64,000 bases of DNA from Chloroflexota bacterium (lineage in GTDB: Bacteria; Chloroflexota; Limnocylindria; P2-11E), in assembly GCA_005887995.1 (NCBI GenBank), contig VBJD01000026.1:438-64437 (forward strand), written 5' to 3'. The notes under the pieces are model-generated. The model saw only the letters and a program-made list of their open reading frames with translations. It did no database searches and was not told where the DNA came from. Below, in pieces: positions 11,565-18,898 of the stretch (position 1 is the stretch's first letter; each line of letters begins with the position of its first letter). Made by a program: the position numbers and the translations under genes.

Positions 11565-12227
11565 CTAGCGCGCTCCCACAACGCCGATACGCGGACAGAG
11601 ATCGTTCACCGGACACCGCGAGCAGAGCGGACGGCGCGCGAGACAGACCTCGCGTCCATGGCGGATGAGCAGCATGTGCAGGTCATAGACCTCCGCGGGC
11701 GGCGCTCCTTCCTGGATGAGCTCCTGCGCGCGGACGGCGTCAGCGTCCTCGGGCACAAGGCCGAGACGCCGCGACACGCGATGCACATGCGTGTCGACCG
11801 GAAAGTATGGACGGCCGAGCGAGAAGAGCAGCACGCAGGCCGCGGTCTTCGGACCGACGCCTTTCAGGCCGACAAGCAGATCCCACAGAGCGGCAGAACG
11901 CATTCGCGCGAACGCGCGCTCGTCCAGCGGGATGCCGCGATCGCGTAGCGTCCGCAGGATCTCGCGCAGCCGCACCGACTTCGTCGGGCCGAGCCCACCG
12001 TGCCGGATCGCGCGCGCGATCGCGGGCAGCGGCGCATCGGCGACCTCATCCCACGTCGGGAGCTTCGCACGTAGGTCGGCGTAGGCGCGGTCGCGATTGA
12101 CGTCGTTCGTGTTCTGCGACAGCACCGTGAGGATGAGCTCGTCGAGTGGCGCTAAACGCCTGGGGGCTGCTGGATCTCCGTAGGCGCGACGAAGCCGCCG
12201 CAGGATCGCAAGGAGACGTCGGCGCAC
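11565..12227 (-). CDS. Endonuclease III-like HhH-GPD DNA glycosylase with 4Fe-4S loop
   Basis: Track ORF 11565..12608 has an Arg-rich, implausible N-terminus. Trimmed to in-frame GTG 12227. LILTVLSQNTND, HhH LKGVGPKTAACVLLF, VDTHVHRV, C-x6-C-x2-C-x5-C (CLARRPLCSRCPVNDLC). Start uncertain. Confidence 0.75.
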   Translation of the reverse strand: MRRRLLAILRRLRRAYGDPAAPRRLAPLDELILTVLSQNTNDVNRDRAYADLRAKLPTWDEVADAPLPAIARAIRHGGLGPTKSVRLREILRTLRDRGIPLDERAFARMRSAALWDLLVGLKGVGPKTAACVLLFSLGRPYFPVDTHVHRVSRRLGLVPEDADAVRAQELIQEGAPPAEVYDLHMLLIRHGREVCLARRPLCSRCPVNDLCPRIGVVGAR

Positions 12228-12287
12228 CCTCCGAGTATCGACGCACCTGTAGGCTCTGCCGAATCTTCGGAATGTGGGGAGGGATCT

Positions 12288-12965
12288 ATGCGATTCAAAC
12301 GAGACCTGCTCATCGCGATCCTGGCGTTCACGCTCGGCAGCACGACGGTCATCGCCGCGGGCGGACTCATCGGTCCCGATGGCGTGATCCACGCGTGTGC
12401 CAACGGTGCCGGCGTCGTTCGCGTGCTCCAGCCCGGTGAATCGTGCCGGGGAAGCGAGACGGCGCTCTCGTGGAGCGCGTCGGGGTCGCAAGGCGGAACA
12501 GGGCCGACCGGTGCTACTGGTCCGACGGGTGCCACCGGTGCGAGCGGACCGACGGGGCCTTCTGGATCGTTCCCGCTCACCAGCCCGAATGGCCAGTACT
12601 CGATCCAACTGACGGACGCGGGGATCGTGCTCGGCGGACCAACCAGCTCGATCATGCTCGCGGGTGGTGTCGTGACCATCCGCGCGACGTACATCGACAA
12701 CAGGTCGGATCTCGACTACCGAGTCAACGCTGGACGGACATTCAACGTGGACGCGGACAGCCAGGCCAACATCCGCGCGTCGGCGAGCGCAAGCCTGCAG
12801 GCGAGCGGGTCAGTTCTTGTCAGCGGCTCGCAAACGATCGTCGGCGCCGGGTCCTGCGGTCCCGCGCTGCGAACGTCAGACATCGCGCTGGTCGACGTGA
12901 ACCACGGGAACGCGGTGTATCCCGTCCAGTACACATCGAGCTCACCGGACGTCCTCGTGTGCTAG
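12288..12965 (+). CDS. Secreted protein with short collagen-like (G-X-Y)8 repeat
   Basis: Signal/TM MRFKRDLLIAILAFTLGSTTVIAAG. Cys-containing N-module. GGTGPTGATGPTGATGASGPTGPSG. Then a 130-aa beta-rich tail. Confidence 0.6.
   Translation: MRFKRDLLIAILAFTLGSTTVIAAGGLIGPDGVIHACANGAGVVRVLQPGESCRGSETALSWSASGSQGGTGPTGATGPTGATGASGPTGPSGSFPLTSPNGQYSIQLTDAGIVLGGPTSSIMLAGGVVTIRATYIDNRSDLDYRVNAGRTFNVDADSQANIRASASASLQASGSVLVSGSQTIVGAGSCGPALRTSDIALVDVNHGNAVYPVQYTSSSPDVLVC
12492..12566 (+). repeat. Gly-X-Thr/Ser triplet (collagen-like) coding repeat
   Basis: ggc gga aca ggg ccg acc ggt gct act ggt ccg acg ggt gcc acc ggt gcg agc gga ccg acg ggg cct tct gga, read directly. Confidence 0.8.
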
Positions 12966-12973
12966 CGGCGGAG

Positions 12974-13001
12974 CGAGGAGTACCCGTGAGGGTGCTCCTC
13001 G
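12974..13001 (+). terminator. Hairpin after the collagen-like gene (12-bp stem, 1 mismatch, GTGA loop)
   Basis: CGAGGAGTACCC-gtga-GGGTGCTCCTCG followed only by tt. Weak U-tract. Confidence 0.3.
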
Positions 13002-13015
13002 TTCGCGATACGGTC

Positions 13016-13043
13016 GGGAATGACCGGAGGGGCGACAGCTGTT
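13016..13043 (+). promoter_or_regulatory. Candidate SigH/SigR-type promoter GGGAAT-N19-GTT overlapping the annotated sigma start
   Basis: GGGAAT 13016-13021 and GTT 13041-13043. Compatible with the actinobacterial SigH/SigR consensus GGAA(T)-N17-20-GTT. The ATG at 13020 lies inside the -35 element. Confidence 0.3.
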
Positions 13044-13631
13044 GGCTACAGTGGGCAGGTGTCCAGCGACACGTTCGAGACCGAAGCGCTGTCCTTCCTC
13101 GACGCGCTGTACCGCACCGCCCTGCGGATGACCCGTTCAGAGGCGGACGCGGAGGACCTCGTGCAGGAGACCTACATCAAGGCGTTCCGGTTCCGCGAGC
13201 AGTTCACGCCGGGCACGAATCTCAAGGCGTGGCTCTTCCGCATCCTCACGAACACCTTTATCAACTCCTACCGCCGACGCCAGGCGCAGCCGGAGATGAC
13301 CGAGCTCGACGACGTGAGCGAGTTCGACCTCTACCGGAAGATGTCCGATGCGCGGGCCACGTCGAGCGGCGATCCAGAGTCGGAATTCCTCGAACGGATC
13401 GTCGACACCGAGGTCAAGGACGCGCTTGGCGAGCTGCCTGAGAAGTTCCGGACGGTCGTGCTCCTCGACGTTGAGGGCTTCTCCTATAAGGAGATCGCCG
13501 AGATGCTCGAGATCCCGATCGGTACGGTCATGTCGCGCCTTCACCGGGGCCGGAAGTTCCTGCAGAAGCGTCTCTACGACCACGCGCAGGAGCACGGCAT
13601 CGCGGCGCTGCGGACGCCGCAGAAGGGGTGA
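13020..13631 (+). CDS. sigH: ECF sigma factor, SigH/SigR-like
   Basis: Region 2 ([44 protein letters not shown]) and region 4 ([39 protein letters not shown]). Followed 3 nt later by an RsrA-type anti-sigma. An alternative in-frame GTG start exists at 13059. Confidence 0.85.
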   Translation: MTGGATAVGYSGQVSSDTFETEALSFLDALYRTALRMTRSEADAEDLVQETYIKAFRFREQFTPGTNLKAWLFRILTNTFINSYRRRQAQPEMTELDDVSEFDLYRKMSDARATSSGDPESEFLERIVDTEVKDALGELPEKFRTVVLLDVEGFSYKEIAEMLEIPIGTVMSRLHRGRKFLQKRLYDHAQEHGIAALRTPQKG

Positions 13632-13634
13632 GCG

Positions 13635-13880
13635 ATGGACTGCGATGACTGCGTCGAGCGGCTCTACGCCTTCCTCGACACTGAGTTGACCAAGGCCGAG
13701 ATCATCGAAGTGCGCTCGCACCTCGAGGGCTGCGACGACTGCGACGACAACTTCCTCTTCGAAGCCCGCTTCCTCCAGCAACTACGCGACTGCTGCACCA
13801 CCGATGTCGCTCCAGCGGAGCTCCGTCAGCGGGTCATCCTCAAGCTACGAGCAGCGTCAGCACCGCCGACGACGACATGA
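13635..13880 (+). CDS. rshA: Zinc-binding anti-sigma factor (ZAS), RsrA/RshA family
   Basis: H-x3-C-x2-C motif (HLEGCDDC) plus N-terminal Cys. LYAFLDTEL...RDCCTTDVAPAELRQRV aligns with RsrA as I remember it. Confidence 0.8.
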   Translation: MDCDDCVERLYAFLDTELTKAEIIEVRSHLEGCDDCDDNFLFEARFLQQLRDCCTTDVAPAELRQRVILKLRAASAPPTTT

Positions 13881-13908
13881 CGGAGAGCGACGTAGTACCC
13901 ACCAAGTG

Positions 13909-13939
13909 TTGACATTCGTGACGTAGATGTGTCTATATA
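13909..13939 (+). promoter_or_regulatory. Sigma-70-like promoter TTGACA-N18/19-TATAT(A)
   Basis: TTGACA 13909-13914 and ctATATA(c) 13933-13939, in a conspicuously AT-rich patch of a GC-rich genome. Lies upstream of the micro-ORF. Confidence 0.4.
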
Positions 13940-13972
13940 CCGAGAACGCGTGGCCAGAAGGAGGTGATCCTG

Positions 13973-14014
13973 GTGCCAGCGAAGAAGAAGAAGAGCTCGA
14001 AGAAGAAGCACTAA
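13973..14014 (+). CDS. 13-codon poly-lysine micro-ORF MPAKKKKSSKKKH with a 13-nt Shine-Dalgarno
   Basis: AAGGAGGTGATCC (13958-13970) is perfectly complementary to the canonical 16S 3' tail. GTG 13973 lies 8 nt after GGAGG. 7 of 13 codons are AAG. TAA at 14012. Terminators follow. The ORF is below the track cut-off. Confidence 0.45.
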   Translation: MPAKKKKSSKKKH

Positions 14015-14019
14015 GGTCT

Positions 14020-14043
14020 GCGACGCCATCGCGTCGCTGTTTG
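14020..14043 (+). terminator. Hairpin GCGACGC-catc-GCGTCGC followed by TGTTTG
   Basis: Read directly, 5 nt after the micro-ORF stop. Short stem and poor U-tract. Confidence 0.3.
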
Positions 14044-14075
14044 AACCCAGACTCTCGACACCTTTCGCGAACCCA

Positions 14076-14111
14076 CCGATCCGCGTAGGCCTCGCGGATC
14101 GGTTTCTTTTT
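14076..14111 (+). terminator. Intrinsic terminator CCGATCCGCG-taggcct-CGCGGATCGG-TTTCTTTTT
   Basis: Perfect 10-bp GC-rich stem, 7-nt loop and 9-nt T-rich tail on the plus strand. Confidence 0.75.
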
Positions 14112-14230
14112 GAGCGGGACATGACACGCGCTCACCTACTCTTCGATCCATCGAACGACGATCGCTCCCACGGCTTCGTTGGCGTGCGGTCCTCGCGGGG
14201 TTCGCGGTCGCGGTCATCGTCGTCGTTCTC

Positions 14231-14536
14231 GTGGAAACCCTTCTCGCTCCCATCCCTGGCATCGTCGCCACCATCCTCGGTGTCGCCCTCGGCGGGTTCG
14301 TGTCCGGAAAATGGGCCAATTACGCCGGTATTTACCACGGCGCGGTCGTCGGGATGGCCTGGATCGCGTTCGAGGCGCTCGGCCCCGTTCCTGGTGCGAG
14401 CTATTCGAATGACGTCCTCAGCGACACGGTGATCGTCATCGCGATCGACGCGCTGACCCTCGTCGCGGCTTCGCTCGGAGGTTGGCTCGCGCGGCCGGAT
14501 CCTTCGTCTTCTTCGGGTACGGGCACAGCGCGTTGA
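14231..14536 (+). CDS. Small polytopic membrane protein (YrzE/TIGR04086-like); N-terminus unresolved
   Basis: The first canonical start is GTG 14231. The same frame is open from 14114 and encodes a plausible positive-inside segment plus TM1 (RSLPRLRWRAVLAGFAVAVIVVVLV) with no ATG/GTG/TTG. ATG 14121 is in another frame. Confidence 0.5.
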   Translation: METLLAPIPGIVATILGVALGGFVSGKWANYAGIYHGAVVGMAWIAFEALGPVPGASYSNDVLSDTVIVIAIDALTLVAASLGGWLARPDPSSSSGTGTAR

Positions 14537-15158
14537 TCGGGCACTCGTAGCACTTCGGCCTCGGCTGACAAATGCGCCGGCCGTGCAGCACGAGACACCA
14601 TGTCGCCTTCACCCAGTCCTTGCGCGGGAAGATCGCGCGCAGGTCCATCTCCGTCGCGTCCTCTTGCTTGGCCCTGCCTCCGACCTTGAGACGGAGCCGG
14701 TCCGCCACGCGGTAGACGTGGCGGTCGACGGCGACCGCGGGGACGCCGAAGGCGTTCCCAAGGACGATCGATGCCGTCTTGCGACCGACACCGTGGAGGC
14801 TGGTCAGCCCCTCCATGGTCGGAGGCACCTCTCCCGCGAAGCCGTCGAGGATCTGCTGGGACGCGGCGCGGATCGTCTTGGTCTTCTGCCGGAAGAAGCC
14901 GGTCGCGTGGATGTCCTGTTGGAGCTCGGTCTCGGGGACGCGGACGTAGTCCGCCGGTGACCGGTACTTCTTAAAGAGGTCGCGCGTCACGAGATTGATG
15001 CGTTCGTCCTGTGCCTGCGCCGCCAGGATCGTCGCGACGAGCAGCTCGAACGGGTTGCTGAACTCGAGCGTCGGCCCCCAGTCCGGGTACGCCCTGGCGA
15101 GGAGCCTCAGAATTGCGCGCGCGCGGGCGCGCACCTGCTGGAGGGTCTCTTTGGGCAC
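14436..15158 (-). CDS. nth: Endonuclease III
   Basis: FELLVATILAAQAQD, HhH SLHGVGRKTASIVLGNAFG, VAVDRHVYRV, Fe-S Cys cluster CQPRPKCYECPINALC, basic C-terminal tail. Confidence 0.9.
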   Translation of the reverse strand: MPKETLQQVRARARAILRLLARAYPDWGPTLEFSNPFELLVATILAAQAQDERINLVTRDLFKKYRSPADYVRVPETELQQDIHATGFFRQKTKTIRAASQQILDGFAGEVPPTMEGLTSLHGVGRKTASIVLGNAFGVPAVAVDRHVYRVADRLRLKVGGRAKQEDATEMDLRAIFPRKDWVKATWCLVLHGRRICQPRPKCYECPINALCPYPKKTKDPAARANLRAKPRRGSARRSR

Positions 15159-15184
15159 GGGCCGAAGCCTAGCGGCCGGTCGCG

Positions 15185-15213
15185 TTGACGCTGGGCGGGC
15201 CGCTCCTTACGCT
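15185..15213 (+). promoter_or_regulatory. Sigma-70-like promoter TTGACG-N17-TACGCT upstream of the Liv-type operon
   Basis: TTGACG 15185-15190 and TACGCT 15208-15213. About 75 nt upstream of the TTG start with GGAGGGAGG RBS. Confidence 0.35.
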
Positions 15214-15289
15214 CGGAACCCACGCGGGCGCACGCTCGTACGGGGGGCAGGACCCGCAGAAGACACCCAAACTCGGAGGGAGGACTCCT

Positions 15290-16534
15290 TTGTCTAAGCG
15301 ATTCATCAGAGGGCTCGGGCTCTTGCTTGCCGGCACCTTCCTCGCCGCCGCCTGTGCACAGGGCGGCGGGGCAGGCGGCGACAAGGGCGAGATCATCATC
15401 GCGACGAACTTCCCGACCTCGGGCGCCGACCGCGCGAGCGGCCGCGGCCCGGAGGCCGGCGCGAACTACGCGGTCCAGACGGCAGCGACGGTCAAGGGCT
15501 TCAAGCTGTCCGTCAAGAACTACGACGACGCGGTCAATGGCGTCCACGACCCGCAGAAGGGCGCGCAGAACTTCACCGATATGGTGAACAACAGCAAGAT
15601 CCTCGGCGTCGTCGGGCCGTTCAACTCCAACGTGGCACGCGCGACGATCCCGGTCGCCAACAAGGCAAACCTCGTCATGATCAGCCCGTCGAACACGAAC
15701 GAGTGCCTCACGCAGGACTTCCCGTACTGCGACCCGAAGCCAGCGGCACTCCGTGACGCAAGCCAGCCGAATAACTATTTCCGCATCGCCGCCCCGGACA
15801 CCGTCCAGGGTCCCGCGATGGCGGACTTCGCGATCGACACACTGAAGATCACGAAGATCGCGGTGTGGTCGGACAACGAGACGTTCGGTAAGGGCGTCGC
15901 CGACAACTTCGCGAAGCGCTTCACCTCCAAGGGCGGCACCGTCGTCGTCCGTCAGGACTTCGACACGAAGACCACCTCGGACTTCAAGCCGTTCCTCCAG
16001 CGGGCCAAGGACGCGGGCGCGGCTGGCATCTACGCCGGCGCGACGTCGGCCACCAAGGGCTGCATCCCGAGGGCGCAGAGCAAGGGCATCCTCGACGTCC
16101 CGTACCTCGGACCCGACGGCATCGGCGACAGCCAGTGCGTCAAGGACGCGGGTGACCAGGCGACGGACAAGATGTACTTCACGAACGCGGCCGCAGATGC
16201 GTCGCAGGACGCGTCGAACAAGGACCTCATCGACGCGTTCAAGAAGGCCTTCCCGCAGAAGGACGACTCGGGCGCGTACACGTTCCCGGGTTACGACTGC
16301 GCGAAGATCCTCATCGACGCGATCGGTCGCGCGATCGACGCCGCGGGCGGCAACATGCCTACCCGCAAGCAGGTCCTTCAGGCGGTGCAGGACACCAAGA
16401 ACCTGAAGTTGTCCACCGGCACGTACAGCTTCGACAAGAACGGCGACCCGACCTCAGCGACGATGGCCTTCTACCAGTACAAGCCCTCGAAGTCCGACTG
16501 GGACTTCGTGAAGCAGTTCGGAGTCGGCCAGTAG
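15290..16534 (+). CDS. Branched-chain amino acid (HAAT-family) ABC transporter substrate-binding lipoprotein
   Basis: Track ORF trimmed to TTG 15290, preceded by GGAGGGAGG (15275-15283). LSKRFIRGLGLLLAGTFLAAAC lipobox. Peripla_BP_6-like body (VVGPFNSNVA, MISPSNTN). Confidence 0.85.
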   Translation: MSKRFIRGLGLLLAGTFLAAACAQGGGAGGDKGEIIIATNFPTSGADRASGRGPEAGANYAVQTAATVKGFKLSVKNYDDAVNGVHDPQKGAQNFTDMVNNSKILGVVGPFNSNVARATIPVANKANLVMISPSNTNECLTQDFPYCDPKPAALRDASQPNNYFRIAAPDTVQGPAMADFAIDTLKITKIAVWSDNETFGKGVADNFAKRFTSKGGTVVVRQDFDTKTTSDFKPFLQRAKDAGAAGIYAGATSATKGCIPRAQSKGILDVPYLGPDGIGDSQCVKDAGDQATDKMYFTNAAADASQDASNKDLIDAFKKAFPQKDDSGAYTFPGYDCAKILIDAIGRAIDAAGGNMPTRKQVLQAVQDTKNLKLSTGTYSFDKNGDPTSATMAFYQYKPSKSDWDFVKQFGVGQ

Positions 16535-16564
16535 CGTTCAGCAACTGATCGCGACATTGAGAGA

Positions 16565-16594
16565 GGGGGCAGCGCAAGCTGCCCCCTTTCATTT
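16565..16594 (+). terminator. Intrinsic terminator GGGGGCAGC-gcaa-GCTGCCCCC-TTTCATTT between the SBP and permease genes
   Basis: Perfect 9-bp stem, GNRA-like loop and T-tract, read directly. Confidence 0.75.
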
Positions 16595-16626
16595 GTGCGC
16601 ACTGCCACGCCTACTCCCCTATAAAG

Positions 16627-17685
16627 GTGGCCGTGGGGGCCGTCGGGGAAGCGATCCGCCGTCGTCGGAGCGATCTTCGCTCTGGTCTGACGGGTCGGGC
16701 CCTCGACGTCGGGCTCTATGTCCTGATCCTCGCGTTCCTCTTCCTCCTTGGGACGCGCGTCATTGAGCACGGACCGGACTATCTCCTGCAGATCTTCTTC
16801 TTCGCGCTGGCGAACGGCGCGATCTACGCGCTCATCGCGCTGGGCTACACGATGGTCTACGGGATCATCGAGCTCATCAATTTCGCGCACGGCGACGTGT
16901 TCGCCTTCGGTGCCTTCGCGTCCGCGAGCCTCATCCCACTGTTCGGTCTTTCTGAGGGCCAGGTCTGGGGACCCTTCACCATCCTCCAGCTCCTCGCCGT
17001 GTTCGTCGTCACGATGCTGCTCTGCGCCGTCCTTAACGTCTCGATAGAGCGCATCGCCTACCGGCCGCTCCGCCACGCACCACGCCTGGCGCCGCTCATC
17101 ACGGCGATCGGCATGTCGTTCTTCCTCGAAGGCGCGATGTTCCTGTGGAAGGGGCCGTCGAGCGTCCATTACCCAGACGTGCTGCCGGATCTGAGCTTCA
17201 CCATCCTCGGGGCGCGCGTCGGCGTGAAGGAGATCACCGTCTGGATCACGACCATCGTCCTCGTGGTGGGGCTAGCCCTCTTCATCGACCGGTCGCGCCT
17301 CGGCAAGGCGATGCGCGCGACGGCGCAGGACCGCGATGCCGCTCAGCTCATGGGCATCGACATCGACCGGACGATCGCGGCGACGTTCTTCATCGGCGCG
17401 GTCCTCGCTGGCGCCGGCGGCATCATGTACGGCCTCTCATACAACACTGCCGTCTTCGACCTCGGCTTCTCGGCCGGTCTCGTCGCGTTCACCGCGGCGG
17501 TCTTCGGCGGGATCGGGAACATCTACGGGGCCGCCATCGGGGGACTCGTCCTCGGGCTCATCCGCACGTTCTGGGACGGCTACTTCGATTCGGCCTGGTC
17601 CGATGTCGTGATCTTCGCGATCCTCATCATGGTCCTCGTATTCCGTCCGACGGGCATCCTCGGCATGCGGGTCCCGGAGAAGTGA
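16627..17685 (+). CDS. livH: Branched-chain amino acid ABC transporter permease
   Basis: ALANGAIYALIALGYTMVYGIIELINFAHGDVF and the overall LivH pattern. Has an N-terminal extension with an extra TM. Start uncertain. Confidence 0.85.
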   Translation: MAVGAVGEAIRRRRSDLRSGLTGRALDVGLYVLILAFLFLLGTRVIEHGPDYLLQIFFFALANGAIYALIALGYTMVYGIIELINFAHGDVFAFGAFASASLIPLFGLSEGQVWGPFTILQLLAVFVVTMLLCAVLNVSIERIAYRPLRHAPRLAPLITAIGMSFFLEGAMFLWKGPSSVHYPDVLPDLSFTILGARVGVKEITVWITTIVLVVGLALFIDRSRLGKAMRATAQDRDAAQLMGIDIDRTIAATFFIGAVLAGAGGIMYGLSYNTAVFDLGFSAGLVAFTAAVFGGIGNIYGAAIGGLVLGLIRTFWDGYFDSAWSDVVIFAILIMVLVFRPTGILGMRVPEK

Positions 17686-17686
17686 C

Positions 17687-18898
17687 GTGATCGGCTGGTT
17701 CCGGCGGGTGTGGGAGAACGATCCGCGGAAGGACCCGAACGCCGTCGTCTACTTCCTCCTCGCGATCTTCGCGGTCCTTTTCCCGCTCTTCGCGAGCGTC
17801 GTCACCGGCGGCAGCCCAAACTTCCTGCTCTCGGTCGCCGGCGACGCCGGCGTCTACGTGCTGCTCACGCTCGGGCTCAATGTCGTCGTCGGCATGGCCG
17901 GGTTGCTCGACCTTGGCTACGCGGCGTTCTTCGCTATCGGCGCGTACACGTACGCGTTCATCGCGAGCGATCATCTCGCGGTCACGCCGCTGCAGACGAC
18001 CCTGCATGTCCCGTTCTGGATCGTTCTGCTCATCGCCCTGTTCGTCGCCGCGTCGTTCGGCGTCATCCTCGGCGCGCCGACCCTGCGACTGCGCGGTGAC
18101 TACCTCGCCATCGTGACGCTCGGATTCGGCGAGATCGTGCCGCGCGTGTTCAAGAACACGTCGACCTGGACGAGCGGCGTGAACGGTATCTCCGCGCTCG
18201 ACACGCCCGAGCTGCCGATCTGGTTCAAGGGTCCCTGGTCAGGTGATCCGCTCGCCGTCGTGCAGAACTTCAAGATCTTCGACCCGCTTGGCTACTACGT
18301 GATCATGGTCGTCCTCCTCGTGATCTGCGTCGTTCTCGTGCGCAACCTGCAGAACTCGCGCATGGGCCGCGCGTGGGCCGCGATCCGCGAGGACGAGGTC
18401 GCCGCCGCGGCCATGGGCGTGAACACCGTGCAGGCGAAGCTCCTCGCCTTCGCGATCGGCGCCGCCTTCAGCGGTTTCGCGGGTACGTTCTACGGCGCGA
18501 AGCTCTCGCTCGTGTCGCCGGAGAACTTCGGCTTCTCGGTCTCGATCACGGTGCTCGTCATGGTCGTGCTGGGCGGCATGGGCAACATCCCCGGTGTGAT
18601 GCTGGGCTCGCTGCTCATCTACCTCGTCATTTTCATGGTGCTTCCCAGCCTGCCGGATACCGTGACGAGCATCGCGAACGCGATCGGGCTCACCGGCCTG
18701 ACGCAGGCGAGCGGCGACTTCCCCGGGATCGGTGAGTTCGCCGCGCGCCTGAAGTTCCTGATCTTCGGGTTGATCCTCGTACTCGTCATGCTCCTGAGGC
18801 CGCAGGGCCTCCTCCCCAGCCGTGAGCGCGAGCAGGAGCTCACGAAGGGGACGCACGACGACACGATCATCGAAGACGTCCAGGCGGAGACAGGCTAG
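17687..18898 (+). CDS. livM: Branched-chain amino acid ABC transporter permease
   Basis: LTLGLNVVVGMAGLLDLGYAAFFAIGAYT and TLRLRGDYLAIVTLGFGEI are typical of LivM. Confidence 0.85.
   Translation: MIGWFRRVWENDPRKDPNAVVYFLLAIFAVLFPLFASVVTGGSPNFLLSVAGDAGVYVLLTLGLNVVVGMAGLLDLGYAAFFAIGAYTYAFIASDHLAVTPLQTTLHVPFWIVLLIALFVAASFGVILGAPTLRLRGDYLAIVTLGFGEIVPRVFKNTSTWTSGVNGISALDTPELPIWFKGPWSGDPLAVVQNFKIFDPLGYYVIMVVLLVICVVLVRNLQNSRMGRAWAAIREDEVAAAAMGVNTVQAKLLAFAIGAAFSGFAGTFYGAKLSLVSPENFGFSVSITVLVMVVLGGMGNIPGVMLGSLLIYLVIFMVLPSLPDTVTSIANAIGLTGLTQASGDFPGIGEFAARLKFLIFGLILVLVMLLRPQGLLPSREREQELTKGTHDDTIIEDVQAETG

Noticed and set aside
12443-13441. 332-aa ORF spanning the collagen-like gene and the sigma-factor gene
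   Set aside because: It is out of frame with two well-supported genes and crosses their intergenic hairpin. The translation is Arg-rich nonsense.
14020-14111. Lysine-codon leader-peptide attenuator controlling the downstream membrane protein
   Set aside because: I considered this because 7 of 13 codons are AAG and two hairpins follow. I could not find an antiterminator pairing that competes with the 14076-14102 stem. The downstream gene is not a lysine-related function. I kept it only as one of several readings in the micro-gene finding.
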